From the NCBI GenBank assembly GCA_049967475.1, contig JBMFSQ010000027.1:29684-46807 (forward strand): 17,124 nt of DNA. Direction: 5' to 3'. The notes beneath the pieces are model-generated. The model ran no database searches. It was not told where the DNA came from and saw only the letters and a list, made by a program, of their open reading frames with translations. The position numbers were made by a program, and so were the translations under genes. Shown here in pieces: positions 1 through 7,621 of this stretch (its first letter is position 1; every line of letters starts with the position of its first letter). Source of the stretch: Chthonomonadales bacterium (GTDB lineage: Bacteria; Armatimonadota; Chthonomonadetes; Chthonomonadales; CAJBBX01).

Positions 1-119
1 GCCTTTTGAAAGCGCCCTAATGTTGGGATCGTGCATGCAGCCGTTCGAGCCGGCGCGATCCCTTTTACTTGCCTGTCGTTCTTTCGATCGTGATGGCCGC
101 TGTGCACCAAAGCAGGGCG

Positions 120-280
120 AAACCGGCTTGCGGCACCGAGGCAGCGATGGTCGAAGAGCGCGTCGAAGTACGCTTAAGCCCGATGTGCCTCTCTCTGGAG
201 GCGGAGGGACACGAACGCGCAGGCGCCAAGATCGTGGATTACTGAGGGGTCGAGAGTTGGGAATGCTGGAGATCGAGTGA
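120..280 (+). pseudogene. Decayed 3' end of a type III-like site-specific DNA methyltransferase (mod remnant 1)
   Basis: Reads ...EAAMVEERVEVRLSPMCLSLEAEGHERAGAKIVDY*GVES, then after a frameshift LGMLEIE* (stop 278-280). This resembles the C-terminal pattern I recall for large Mod-like methyltransferases (AEIDEE.IE...GTVSLPFE.GEH.R.AVKIVDDRGIESLK..E.E). In-frame TGA at 243-245 plus one frameshift. The left boundary is uncertain. Confidence 0.6.
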
Positions 281-284
281 TGCC

Positions 285-2003
285 ATGCTGACCAAACTCA
301 CCATCCGGAATTTCAAGCTCTTCGAGAACGTCGAGATCGAACTCGGCGAGCGCGTCGTATTCATCGGCCCCAACAACGCCGGCAAGACCTCGGCCTTGCA
401 GTCCCTCGCCATGTGGGACGTGGGGACGAAACGCTGGCTGGAAAAGCGCGGCGGTGGCGCGGTGCCGGCAAAGCGGCCGGGCGTGACCATCAACCGCCGC
501 GACATGATCGCCGTGCCCGTTCCCGTGGCCAATCTGCTCTGGCGCGATCTGCACGTCCGAGAAGGCAGCCGCGCGGACGGCAAGACCCGCACGCAGAACG
601 TGCTCATCGAGATTTGCGTCGAGGGCGTGGATGAGGGGAAAACGTGGGTGTGCGGGCTGGAATTCGATTACGCCAACGAGGAGTCCTTCTACTGCCGTCC
701 CTTGCGCACCGGGGACGGCCGGCGCATGGAAGTTCCGGCGCATCTTGCCGATCTCAGCCTGGCTTACCTACCCCCGATGTCCGGCTTGGCACCGCGAGAA
801 GACCGGCTGGAGCTGGGCACGATCAACGTGCGACTCGGTGAGGGGCGCACGGCGGAGGTGCTGCGCAACCTTTGCTGGCAGGTGCGGGAGGCTGAGAACG
901 GGCAGGAGAAATGGCGGCGCATCGCCGAACGCATCGAATCGTTGTTCGGCGCCAAACTCAACGAGCCAAGATACATCAAGGAGCGCGGCGAGATCGTCAT
1001 GGATTATCGTACCCGCGACGGCATCGTGCTCGATCTGTCGGCGAGCGGCCGTGGCCAGCAGCAGACGCTGCTCCTGCTCGCGCACATGGCAGTCAATCCG
1101 GGCGCGGTGCTCCTGCTGGACGAGCCCGATGCGCACCTGGAGATCCTGCGCCAGCGGCAGATTTATCAGGTGCTCACCGACCAGGCTGCAGAGACGGGCA
1201 GCCAGATCGTGGCCGCCAGTCATTCGGAAGTGATCCTCAACGAGGCGGCCGACCGCGACCTGGTGATCGCCTTCGTCGGCCAGCCGCACCGCATTGCCGA
1301 CCGGGGCAGCCAGGTGCTCAAGGCGCTGCGCGACATCGGCTTCGAGCACTACTACCTCGCCGAAGAGACAGGATGGGTGCTGTATCTGGAAGGCTCGACC
1401 GATCTCGCCATGCTGCGGGCCTTTGCTATCGCGCTGAACCATCCGGCGCGCGAGCATCTGGAGCGCCCCTTCGTGCATTACGTCGCGAACCGGCCCCGCA
1501 AGGCGCAGGAGCATTTTCACGCCTTGCGCGAGGCCAAGCCCGACCTCGCCGGCATCGCCATCTACGACCGCCTGGACGCAAACTTTCCCGATGATCCCAC
1601 ACTCGTGCAGAGGATGTGGCAGCGCCGTGAGCTGGAGAACTATCTGTGTCAGCGGGAGACCTTGCTCGCCTTTGCCGAAGACCTGGGACGCAAACAGCAA
1701 GGCGACCTCTTCGGTGCGGCGTACCGCACAGCAATGGAGGAGGCGATCAACCAAGTCGAAAACGCTTTGCGTACTCTCGGTAAGGACCCGTGGGGACCGG
1801 ACATTAAGGCGAGCGACGAATTTCTCGAACCGCTGTTCAGGCAATTCTACAAATCGCTCGACTTACCCGATTTGATGAGCAAGACCGATTACCACGCGCT
1901 GGTGGCTTTCGTGCCGGCGAACGCGATCGCTCCGGAGATTGCGCAGGCGCTCGATGCGATTGTCACTGTTGCCGGCAAGGCCAAACCGCGAGGAGCCGCA
2001 TGA
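285..2003 (+). CDS. OLD-family-like ATP-dependent nuclease (ABC/SMC-type ATPase plus C-terminal TOPRIM-like domain), 572 aa
   Basis: N-terminal LTKLTIRNFK, Walker A GPNNAGKT, signature LSASGRGQQQ, Walker B LLLLDEPDAHL, H-loop AASHS. TOPRIM-like motifs LYLEGSTD, IYDRLD and RRELENYL. Confidence 0.85.
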   Translation: MLTKLTIRNFKLFENVEIELGERVVFIGPNNAGKTSALQSLAMWDVGTKRWLEKRGGGAVPAKRPGVTINRRDMIAVPVPVANLLWRDLHVREGSRADGKTRTQNVLIEICVEGVDEGKTWVCGLEFDYANEESFYCRPLRTGDGRRMEVPAHLADLSLAYLPPMSGLAPREDRLELGTINVRLGEGRTAEVLRNLCWQVREAENGQEKWRRIAERIESLFGAKLNEPRYIKERGEIVMDYRTRDGIVLDLSASGRGQQQTLLLLAHMAVNPGAVLLLDEPDAHLEILRQRQIYQVLTDQAAETGSQIVAASHSEVILNEAADRDLVIAFVGQPHRIADRGSQVLKALRDIGFEHYYLAEETGWVLYLEGSTDLAMLRAFAIALNHPAREHLERPFVHYVANRPRKAQEHFHALREAKPDLAGIAIYDRLDANFPDDPTLVQRMWQRRELENYLCQRETLLAFAEDLGRKQQGDLFGAAYRTAMEEAINQVENALRTLGKDPWGPDIKASDEFLEPLFRQFYKSLDLPDLMSKTDYHALVAFVPANAIAPEIAQALDAIVTVAGKAKPRGAA

Positions 2004-2245
2004 TAGGCAAAACCGCCAAAGAGCGCCTGGCCATCAGCCCTCCCTGCGACGATCTGCCTTCGTAGGGTCGCGGCCATCGGCGAATCCGGCTGTTTGATCT
2101 GGTAGAAGGCGGCTGTGCGTTGGAGTGTGTCATTGCGTGGGGCGATCCTCGGGCCTTTGGCGAAAGTAGCATCCTTGGGGATATTCCGCCGATGATGCAG
2201 TTTCGCCGCCGCTTCAAGAACCGGCTCGATGCAGGCGAACCCTAG
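2000..2245 (+). pseudogene. Decayed 5' end of a type III-like restriction (Res, DEAD/DEAH helicase) subunit, remnant 1
   Basis: ATG at 2000 overlaps the ATPase stop (ATGA). Reads MIGKTAKERLAISPPCDDLPS*GRGHRRIRLFDLVEGGCALECVIAWGDPRAFGESSILGDIPPMMQFRRRFKNRLDAGEP*. Colinear with the Res N-terminus I recall (M..TIDRLIINSPYEEP..HWRYDRETRLFDLVEGRRPAGYVVASGDS.AFDDPGIFVEIPLVNQIRPRVKAWREAGYPG). Stops at 2063-2065 and 2243-2245. Confidence 0.7.
2016..2219 (+). repeat. Direct repeat copy 1 (~200 bp)
   Basis: 2066-2219 is identical to 2855-3008 (154/154, read by eye). 2016-2065 aligns to 2806-2854 with 9 substitutions and 1 gap in 50 columns. Confidence 0.97.
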
Positions 2246-2254
2246 TGAGACGCC

Positions 2255-2316
2255 CCACGATCGCGGAGGATGAGATGTCGAGGGCTTGAAGATCACTGGC
2301 GCGGACGAGGCATCCG
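2255..2316 (+). pseudogene. Short decayed 3' end of the same methyltransferase (mod remnant 2)
   Basis: 2255-2288 aligns to 226-259 at 26/35 columns (ccacgatcgcggagga-tgagatgtcgagggcttg vs ccaagatcgtggattactgaggggtcgagag-ttg). Reads TIAE, frameshift, *DVEGLKITGADEA, compared with the recalled KIVDDRGIESLKIIEVD. Confidence 0.5.
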
Positions 2317-2317
2317 A

Positions 2318-2566
2318 ATGGATTATGTGCTCACGGAACATGCCCGGGACGTTTTGAAAAAGAGGCAGATCCCGCAAGCATGGATGGAACGGGCCTTGAA
2401 TACCCCAGACGCAACAGAGACCGACCAGGTGGATCCGGCTCTGGAACACCGATTGGCCCGGATCCCAGAATTCGGCAACCGGGTGTTGCGCGTAATCGTC
2501 AAAAGCAACGAGACGCCGCTTGTAGTCGTGACTGCATTCTTTGATAGAAGGAGGGCTATTCCATGA
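2318..2566 (+). CDS. DUF4258-domain protein (putative BrnT/RelE-like toxin), 82 aa
   Basis: MDYVLTEHARDVLKKRQI...GNRVLRVIV...VVVTAFFDRR matches the DUF4258 pattern. GAGG at 2307-2310 supports the ATG at 2318 rather than 2270. Confidence 0.85.
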   Translation: MDYVLTEHARDVLKKRQIPQAWMERALNTPDATETDQVDPALEHRLARIPEFGNRVLRVIVKSNETPLVVVTAFFDRRRAIP

Positions 2567-2775
2567 AACTCAAGGTGGACCAGCAAGCCGATGCTCTTTA
2601 CCTGACCTTGAGCGATGCTGCTGCGAGCCGCACCGATGAAGTTTCGCCGGGTGTCCTCCTGGATTACGACGAACGGGATCGGGTGGTCGGCATCGAGATA
2701 CTGTATCTGTCGAAACGAGCACCGGGACTAGATTTGCGGCGGCTGCTGTTCGAAACGGTGCCGCAAACAGGTTGA
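2563..2775 (+). CDS. DUF2283-domain protein (putative antitoxin partner), 70 aa
   Basis: MKLKVDQQADALYLTL...EVSPGVLLDYDERDRVVGIEIL is the characteristic DUF2283 pattern. ATGA overlap with the DUF4258 gene. Confidence 0.9.
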   Translation: MKLKVDQQADALYLTLSDAAASRTDEVSPGVLLDYDERDRVVGIEILYLSKRAPGLDLRRLLFETVPQTG

Positions 2776-2795
2776 GACGGGGAAAGACCATCGCC

Positions 2796-3085
2796 ATGCC
2801 TTGCACCATAGAACGCCTGGCCATCAGCCCCCCTACAATGATCTGTCCTCGCACGGTCGCGGCCATCGGCGAATCCGGCTGTTTGATCTGGTAGAAGGCG
2901 GCTGTGCGTTGGAGTGTGTCATTGCGTGGGGCGATCCTCGGGCCTTTGGCGAAAGTAGCATCCTTGGGGATATTCCGCCGATGATGCAGTTTCGCCGCCG
3001 CTTCAAGATCGGGTGCCATGCGGGCTGACGGCGCGTGACCACCGTCCCCAGGCGGCTGTTGGAACACCGCACGCCGGATCAACAG
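2796..3085 (+). pseudogene. Decayed 5' end of a type III-like Res subunit, remnant 2
   Basis: ATG at 2796: MPCTIERLAISP, 1-bp deletion in the C-run 2828-2833, then PYNDLSSHGRGHRRIRLFDLVEGG...MQFRRRFKIGCHAG*RRVTTVPRRLLEHRT. The tail compares with the recalled AWREAGYPGVTSITKRLLEHW. Stop at 3026-3028. The right boundary is approximate. Confidence 0.7.
2806..3008 (+). repeat. Direct repeat copy 2 (~200 bp)
   Basis: Partner of 2016-2219, with an offset of 789 bp in the identical core. Confidence 0.97.
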
Positions 3086-3150
3086 CCGGAATTGGTCGCC
3101 CGGGGTAAACGAGGTCCGCGTTTTCCGACGACGAAGGGAAGGAACCCTGC

Positions 3151-3179
3151 TTGACATGGAGCATCGCTTCCGATATACT
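3151..3179 (+). promoter_or_regulatory. Sigma70-type promoter for the PQQ-repeat gene
   Basis: TTGACA (3151-3156), 17-bp spacer, TATACT (3174-3179). Confidence 0.8.
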
Positions 3180-3343
3180 ACGCAGGGCATTTGCCGGCCT
3201 ACGGTGCAGAGCGGATGCCGGCGTTAAATGGAGCCCGGCCGGAGGAGCAACGCGCTCAAAGGCCCGTTCGGGTGCCAACACGCTTGCCTCAGTCGGTTCA
3301 ATGTGCGAGCCGCTCTCCGTTCCTTAAGGGGGTACGACAGACC

Positions 3344-5107
3344 ATGGCTCTCTATCGCAGCCAATCCGCCCGGGGGATTAGTGCAGCCGCCACCCTTGTG
3401 ACAGCAGCCGCCATAGGGATGGTGCTCGGTTTCCAGAGTATCGCTGTTGCGGATTCCGTGATGTACCGTGGAAGCACAGCCCTCACCGGCTACTTCAACG
3501 ACCCTATCACGGTTCCATTGGCGTTGGATTGGCGGTACACCACAACGTACTTCGGGCACAATCCTTCCTCGCCGGCCGTGGTGGGTGACACCGTCTACTT
3601 TGCCTCCGGCAGCCGCATCTACGCCGTGAGTGCAATCAGCGGCACCCTCAAATGGAAATACCCGGTGGATCAGCCCCTTTCCACAACGGTGCACACATCG
3701 CCCGCCTATGCCGATGGGCTCATCTATGTCGGCGCCGATGACGGCAAGCTCTACGCACTCAACGCCGGCACAGGCAAGGACGTATGGCGCTTTGACACGC
3801 GGAGCACCATCAGCGTGTCGCCAACCGTAGAAGATGGCGTCGTTTACTTCGGCTCCGGCGACGGGCGCATCTGGGCGCTGGATGCGAAAACGGGCAACCC
3901 TCTTTCGGCCTGGAAGAACGGCTTCAAGGTACTGGATGACATATCCGGCGCTGCCGCGGTATCCAACGGCATCGTATATGCCGTGTCTCTGGACCAGGTG
4001 CTGCATGCCATCGGGGCAGTCACTGCCCGGGAGCGATGGAGCTATCGGCTTCAGGGTAGCGTGCTCCATATGGCTCCCATCGTGTCGGGTGATTTCCTTT
4101 TCATTGCCAACGGCTCCAACGTTACCTCGCTCTACGCGCGCAACGGCCTGATGCGCTGGCAGCGGAATTTGGGGTCCGATATCTCCTGTAACCCTGCCGT
4201 GGATGACGACAGCCTCTACGTGGCGGATATAGATAATAATGTGCGGGCCTTGGATCTGCGCTTCGGGCGCGATAGATGGAAGACCCCCGCAAAGCTCCCC
4301 TTCGATATCGTTGCGCCGCCCACCGTCGCCGGCGATGTGGTCTTCGTGGCCACCACTCTCGGCGGCGTCTACGCGCTGGACAAGAATACGGGTGCCGTCA
4401 AATGGAGCTATGTGGTGCATCCATCCACTTCGGACACTGCGGCGGCCGCCGAGGCTGCCACAAATCCCAACCGGCGCGGATCGAGCACCAACGCGACGAT
4501 GCCGATGTATGCCAACGTCGCAGCCGCTCCGGTCGTGGCGGACAAGGCCCTCTTCATCCTCTCCGATGATGGATCCCTCTCGGCGTTCCGTTCCAGCGCA
4601 GTAGATGAGGTCGGTCCCGAGATCACTCCCGTGGAACCCGACATGGGCGTCGTAATCAATGGCTCGCCTCCCGTACATTTTGAAGCGACCATTGAAGACG
4701 ACGGATCCGGCGTCAATCCCGACACGGTGAAGCTCCTCATTGACGACAAGCCGGTGCAGCGAAGGCCATCGGGGCAGGAGAATGAGGACAAACCCGGATA
4801 CAAGTATGATGTGCTGACCTCCACCCTCACCTACGATACCGAAGAGCCTTCCAGCGCATCTACCGTTCGACCCCTTGCCGACGGCCGGCATACCGTAACG
4901 GTGGTGGCTGCCGATTGGTTCGGGAATGTGACACGCAAGTCGTGGACCTTCACCGTGGATAACTCCTTGGCGAAGGTAGTGAAGCGGCCTGCCGGCGAAA
5001 CGAACCCTCGCGGCGGATACCCGGGTGCCGGAGGCGGCCTCGGGGGATACGGCGGCGGTCGGGGAGGAGGATACGGCGGCGGCCGAGGACCGCGTGGCGG
5101 CTTCTAG
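3344..5107 (+). CDS. Secreted PQQ-binding-like beta-propeller repeat protein (BamB-like) with C-terminal Ig-like domain and Gly-rich tail
   Basis: Signal-peptide-like N-terminus ending AVA-DS. Many SP.V.DG.VY.G..DG.LYAL.A.TG...W repeats. C-terminal beta-rich domain (IEDDGSGVNPDTVKLLID...LADGRHTVTVVAADWFGN). AAGGGGG ahead of the ATG at 3344. Confidence 0.85.
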   Translation: MALYRSQSARGISAAATLVTAAAIGMVLGFQSIAVADSVMYRGSTALTGYFNDPITVPLALDWRYTTTYFGHNPSSPAVVGDTVYFASGSRIYAVSAISGTLKWKYPVDQPLSTTVHTSPAYADGLIYVGADDGKLYALNAGTGKDVWRFDTRSTISVSPTVEDGVVYFGSGDGRIWALDAKTGNPLSAWKNGFKVLDDISGAAAVSNGIVYAVSLDQVLHAIGAVTARERWSYRLQGSVLHMAPIVSGDFLFIANGSNVTSLYARNGLMRWQRNLGSDISCNPAVDDDSLYVADIDNNVRALDLRFGRDRWKTPAKLPFDIVAPPTVAGDVVFVATTLGGVYALDKNTGAVKWSYVVHPSTSDTAAAAEAATNPNRRGSSTNATMPMYANVAAAPVVADKALFILSDDGSLSAFRSSAVDEVGPEITPVEPDMGVVINGSPPVHFEATIEDDGSGVNPDTVKLLIDDKPVQRRPSGQENEDKPGYKYDVLTSTLTYDTEEPSSASTVRPLADGRHTVTVVAADWFGNVTRKSWTFTVDNSLAKVVKRPAGETNPRGGYPGAGGGLGGYGGGRGGGYGGGRGPRGGF

Positions 5108-5220
5108 ACACCCGGCCCGGCAGCCTTTCGTGGCACCGCTCAGCCAATGCACGAGCCTGGACCAAGCAGCTCCTTCTGCGGCTGCCTCCGTCCCCCAACG
5201 TCCTAGCCTGCGGCGTCCCC

Positions 5221-6309
5221 ATGGAAGCATGGCTCCGTTTTGTTAACCTGCAACTACCCCCGAAGATCGGCTGCGCGCTTCTTCAAGAATTTGGAGAGCC
5301 GGAGGACCTTTTTCGGGCGACCATGACCGAGTTGGCGCGTGTCCCCGGCATTACCGAGAAGGCGGCGTTACGCATCACGGATCCCAGCTTTGCGCCTACC
5401 GCTCGCCAGATTGCCTATGCGCGCAAAGCAAATGTACGGCCTCTCCCTATTACCGCGCCTCAGTACCCTAAGAGCCTCAAGGAAATCCCCGATGCTCCGT
5501 CCGTGCTCCTCATGCGCGGTGACTTGGACGAGCGAGACCGCTTCGCAGTGGCCCTCGTCGGTTCGCGGATGGCTACCCCCTACGGCCGCAGCATCGCTGC
5601 GCAAATGGCCCGAGATCTGGCCCGGGCGGGCCTTACCATCGTCAGCGGCGGCGCCTTGGGTATTGACGGCGTCGTGCACCGCGCCGCCCTGGATGCCGGC
5701 GGGCGTACCCTGGTGGTGCTGGGATGCGGCTTGGACGTGGAGTATCCCAGGGAGAACCAGCCCCTCTTCCACCAGATTGTAAACGACGGCCGCGGCGCGC
5801 TCCTCAGCGAATATCCGCTGGGTGCCGGGCCCGACGCGTGGCGCTTTCCGGTGCGTAACCGCATCATTAGCGGCCTCTCCATGGGCATTGTGGTGGTTGA
5901 GGCCGGTGAGCAAAGCGGCGCATTGCTTACTGCATCTCTCGCCGGCGAACACGGGAGGGATGTGATGGCAGTGCCCGGGAATGTGGACCGGCCGAAGTCT
6001 CGAGGCACCAATGCTCTCATAAAGGACGGCGCAGCGCTCGTTGAGAACGCCAAAGACGTCTTGGCTACGCTTGGTGTGCTGATGCTGGAACCTCCCGATG
6101 CTACCCCGCCGACACCTCCTCTTCCCCCGGATCTTACTCCAGGCCAGAGGAGGCTCCTGGAATGCCTCACGCTCTCGCCAAAGCAGATTGACGCCCTAGC
6201 CGTCGAGGCGCAGATGCCAGGTCCCGATGTCAGCGTGAACCTCACCATGCTGGAACTTGCCGGCCTCGTGCGCCGAGTGGCAGGCAACAGCTATATCCGC
6301 GTTCTGTAA
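5221..6309 (+). CDS. dprA: DNA-processing protein DprA
   Basis: Motifs YPKSLKEIPDAP, VALVGSRMATPYG, IVSGGALGIDG, FPVRNRIISGLS, VVVEAGEQSGALLTA, AVPGNV, GTNALIKDGA. C-terminal winged helix LTMLELAGLV. Confidence 0.97.
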   Translation: MEAWLRFVNLQLPPKIGCALLQEFGEPEDLFRATMTELARVPGITEKAALRITDPSFAPTARQIAYARKANVRPLPITAPQYPKSLKEIPDAPSVLLMRGDLDERDRFAVALVGSRMATPYGRSIAAQMARDLARAGLTIVSGGALGIDGVVHRAALDAGGRTLVVLGCGLDVEYPRENQPLFHQIVNDGRGALLSEYPLGAGPDAWRFPVRNRIISGLSMGIVVVEAGEQSGALLTASLAGEHGRDVMAVPGNVDRPKSRGTNALIKDGAALVENAKDVLATLGVLMLEPPDATPPTPPLPPDLTPGQRRLLECLTLSPKQIDALAVEAQMPGPDVSVNLTMLELAGLVRRVAGNSYIRVL

Positions 6310-6418
6310 TATCCTCCCGTTAACCATACACCACCACCCTCGGGCGCGTTGCAGCCACAACCGGCGTCGCGCTATAGAGGGGGTCCTGCGCGGTGCTTTT
6401 CCGAAAGGAGTGTTTGTG

Positions 6419-6952
6419 ATGCTTCCTTCTCCTGGTGCTGTTGCTCTCAAAGCCGCTTTGCGCGCCGAAGAGAATATCGGCGTGCGCGAGGTCGGCCACA
6501 ACGGCGGCGTATTCGTGGACACCTATCTTGCGTCCATCGGATTGCCCGGTTCCGGAGAGCCGTGGTGCATGGCCTTCGTTTACTATCGCCTCTGGGACGC
6601 TGCCGGCCGCCCCGCAGATTTTTCTTTGCCGATGGGTTTTCCGCGAACGGGATCTACCGCCGTTGCCGCACGGTGGGCCAAGCGCAACGGTCTCTGGATC
6701 CCGGTCACGAGCGCTGAGGGCGCAGGGGAACGCGTGCAGCGGGGAGATCTGTGCTTCTTTTGGTTCCCGGAGCTTCGGCGCATCGCCCATGTGGGCATCG
6801 TCACAGGGTCCTTCGATGGAGGTGTGGACACTGTGGAGGGCAATACGTCGCCTGGGGCGGATGTGCAGCGCGAAGGGGACGGGGTGTACCGAAGACGGCG
6901 GATGTGGCGCGCACTGGGATGCCGGGGCGGTTTCGCGCGCATTCCCTTCTAA
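6419..6952 (+). CDS. CHAP-domain (Cys/His) peptidoglycan amidase/peptidase
   Basis: IGVREVGHNGG, catalytic PWCMAFV, GDLCFF, AHVGIV, TVEGNTS...REGDGVY. RBS AAGGAG at 6405-6410. Start is ATG 6419 or GTG 6416. Confidence 0.85.
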   Translation: MLPSPGAVALKAALRAEENIGVREVGHNGGVFVDTYLASIGLPGSGEPWCMAFVYYRLWDAAGRPADFSLPMGFPRTGSTAVAARWAKRNGLWIPVTSAEGAGERVQRGDLCFFWFPELRRIAHVGIVTGSFDGGVDTVEGNTSPGADVQREGDGVYRRRRMWRALGCRGGFARIPF

Positions 6953-6960
6953 TGGCGCCC

Positions 6961-7001
6961 TGCCTGGGAGCGGCATCGCCCAGACGCCGCTCCCGAGGGC
7001 A
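6961..7001. terminator. GC-rich hairpin between the convergent CHAP and SOD genes
   Basis: GGGAGCGGC (6966-6974) pairs with GCCGCTCCC (6986-6994), with an outer TGCC/GGCA pair. No U-tract. Confidence 0.5.
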
Positions 7002-7009
7002 CAGAGATG

Positions 7010-7621
7010 TCAGCGTGCGGCTTCGAAGCGCCGCGCCACTTCGTCCCAATTGAGCACATTCCACCAGGCTTTCAGATAGTCTCCGCGGCGGTTCTGGTAC
7101 TTGAGGTAGTAGGCGTGCTCCCATACGTCTACCCCAAGGATGGGGACGAGCCCATCCATCAGCGGCGAATCCTGGTTCGCGGTACTGATGACCTCCAAAC
7201 CGCTCGGCGCCTTCACGAGCCAAGCCCATCCGCTCCCGAAGCGCTTGAGGCCCGCGTCATTGACCTTTTCCTTCAGAGTGTCTACGCTTCCGAACGTGGC
7301 GTTGATCGCCTGGGCGAGAGGTCCCGCAGGAGCTTTTGCGCCCCCCGGCTTCATGATCTCCCAGAACATGGTGTGGTTCGCATGGCCGCCCCCATTGTTG
7401 CGCACAGCAGTGCGGATGGCCTCGGGTACCTGGTTGATGTTTCTGAGGATCTCCTCGATGCTCTTGGCCTGAAGGTCCGGATAGTCCTTCACCGCAGCAT
7501 TGAGGTTGGCGACGTAGGCGCCATGGTGCTTGTCGTGGTGGATCTCCATCGTCCTGGCGTCTATATAAGGCTCCAGGGCATCGAAGGGGTAAGGCAAGGG
7601 TGGTACTGTGAACTCAGGCAT
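7010..7621 (-). CDS. sodA: Superoxide dismutase, Mn-type (possible N-terminal extension to 7711/7714)
   Basis: [61 protein letters not shown]. The GGG, M and QD residues indicate Mn specificity. Confidence 0.95.
   Translation of the reverse strand: MPEFTVPPLPYPFDALEPYIDARTMEIHHDKHHGAYVANLNAAVKDYPDLQAKSIEEILRNINQVPEAIRTAVRNNGGGHANHTMFWEIMKPGGAKAPAGPLAQAINATFGSVDTLKEKVNDAGLKRFGSGWAWLVKAPSGLEVISTANQDSPLMDGLVPILGVDVWEHAYYLKYQNRRGDYLKAWWNVLNWDEVARRFEAAR

Noticed and set aside
20..280. 86-aa ORF as an intact gene
   Set aside because: No recognisable family, and its end is better explained as part of the frameshifted mod remnant.
2016..3008. Repeats as integron attC sites, CRISPR repeats or IS ends
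   Set aside because: No RYYYAAC/GTTRRRY ends or long palindrome, far too long for CRISPR, only two copies, and no integrase, cas or transposase in the window. They translate like Res N-termini instead.
1889..3281. ORFs 1889-2449(-), 1963-2217(-), 2570-3190(-), 2801-3028(+), 2833-3072(-) and 3003-3281(-) as real genes
   Set aside because: They are shadows of the repeat or pseudogene sequence. 2801-3028 is the frameshifted res' remnant.
3191..3343. N-terminal extensions from the ORF track (3191, 2270, 6257, 7820, 9589, 15166)
   Set aside because: Downstream starts coincide with the domain or signal-peptide start and mostly have better RBSs.
3224..5230. 668-aa antisense ORF, and similarly 768-1844, 7007-7690 and 15820-16923
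   Set aside because: These lie antisense to well-supported genes, which is typical of GC-rich DNA, and show no motifs.
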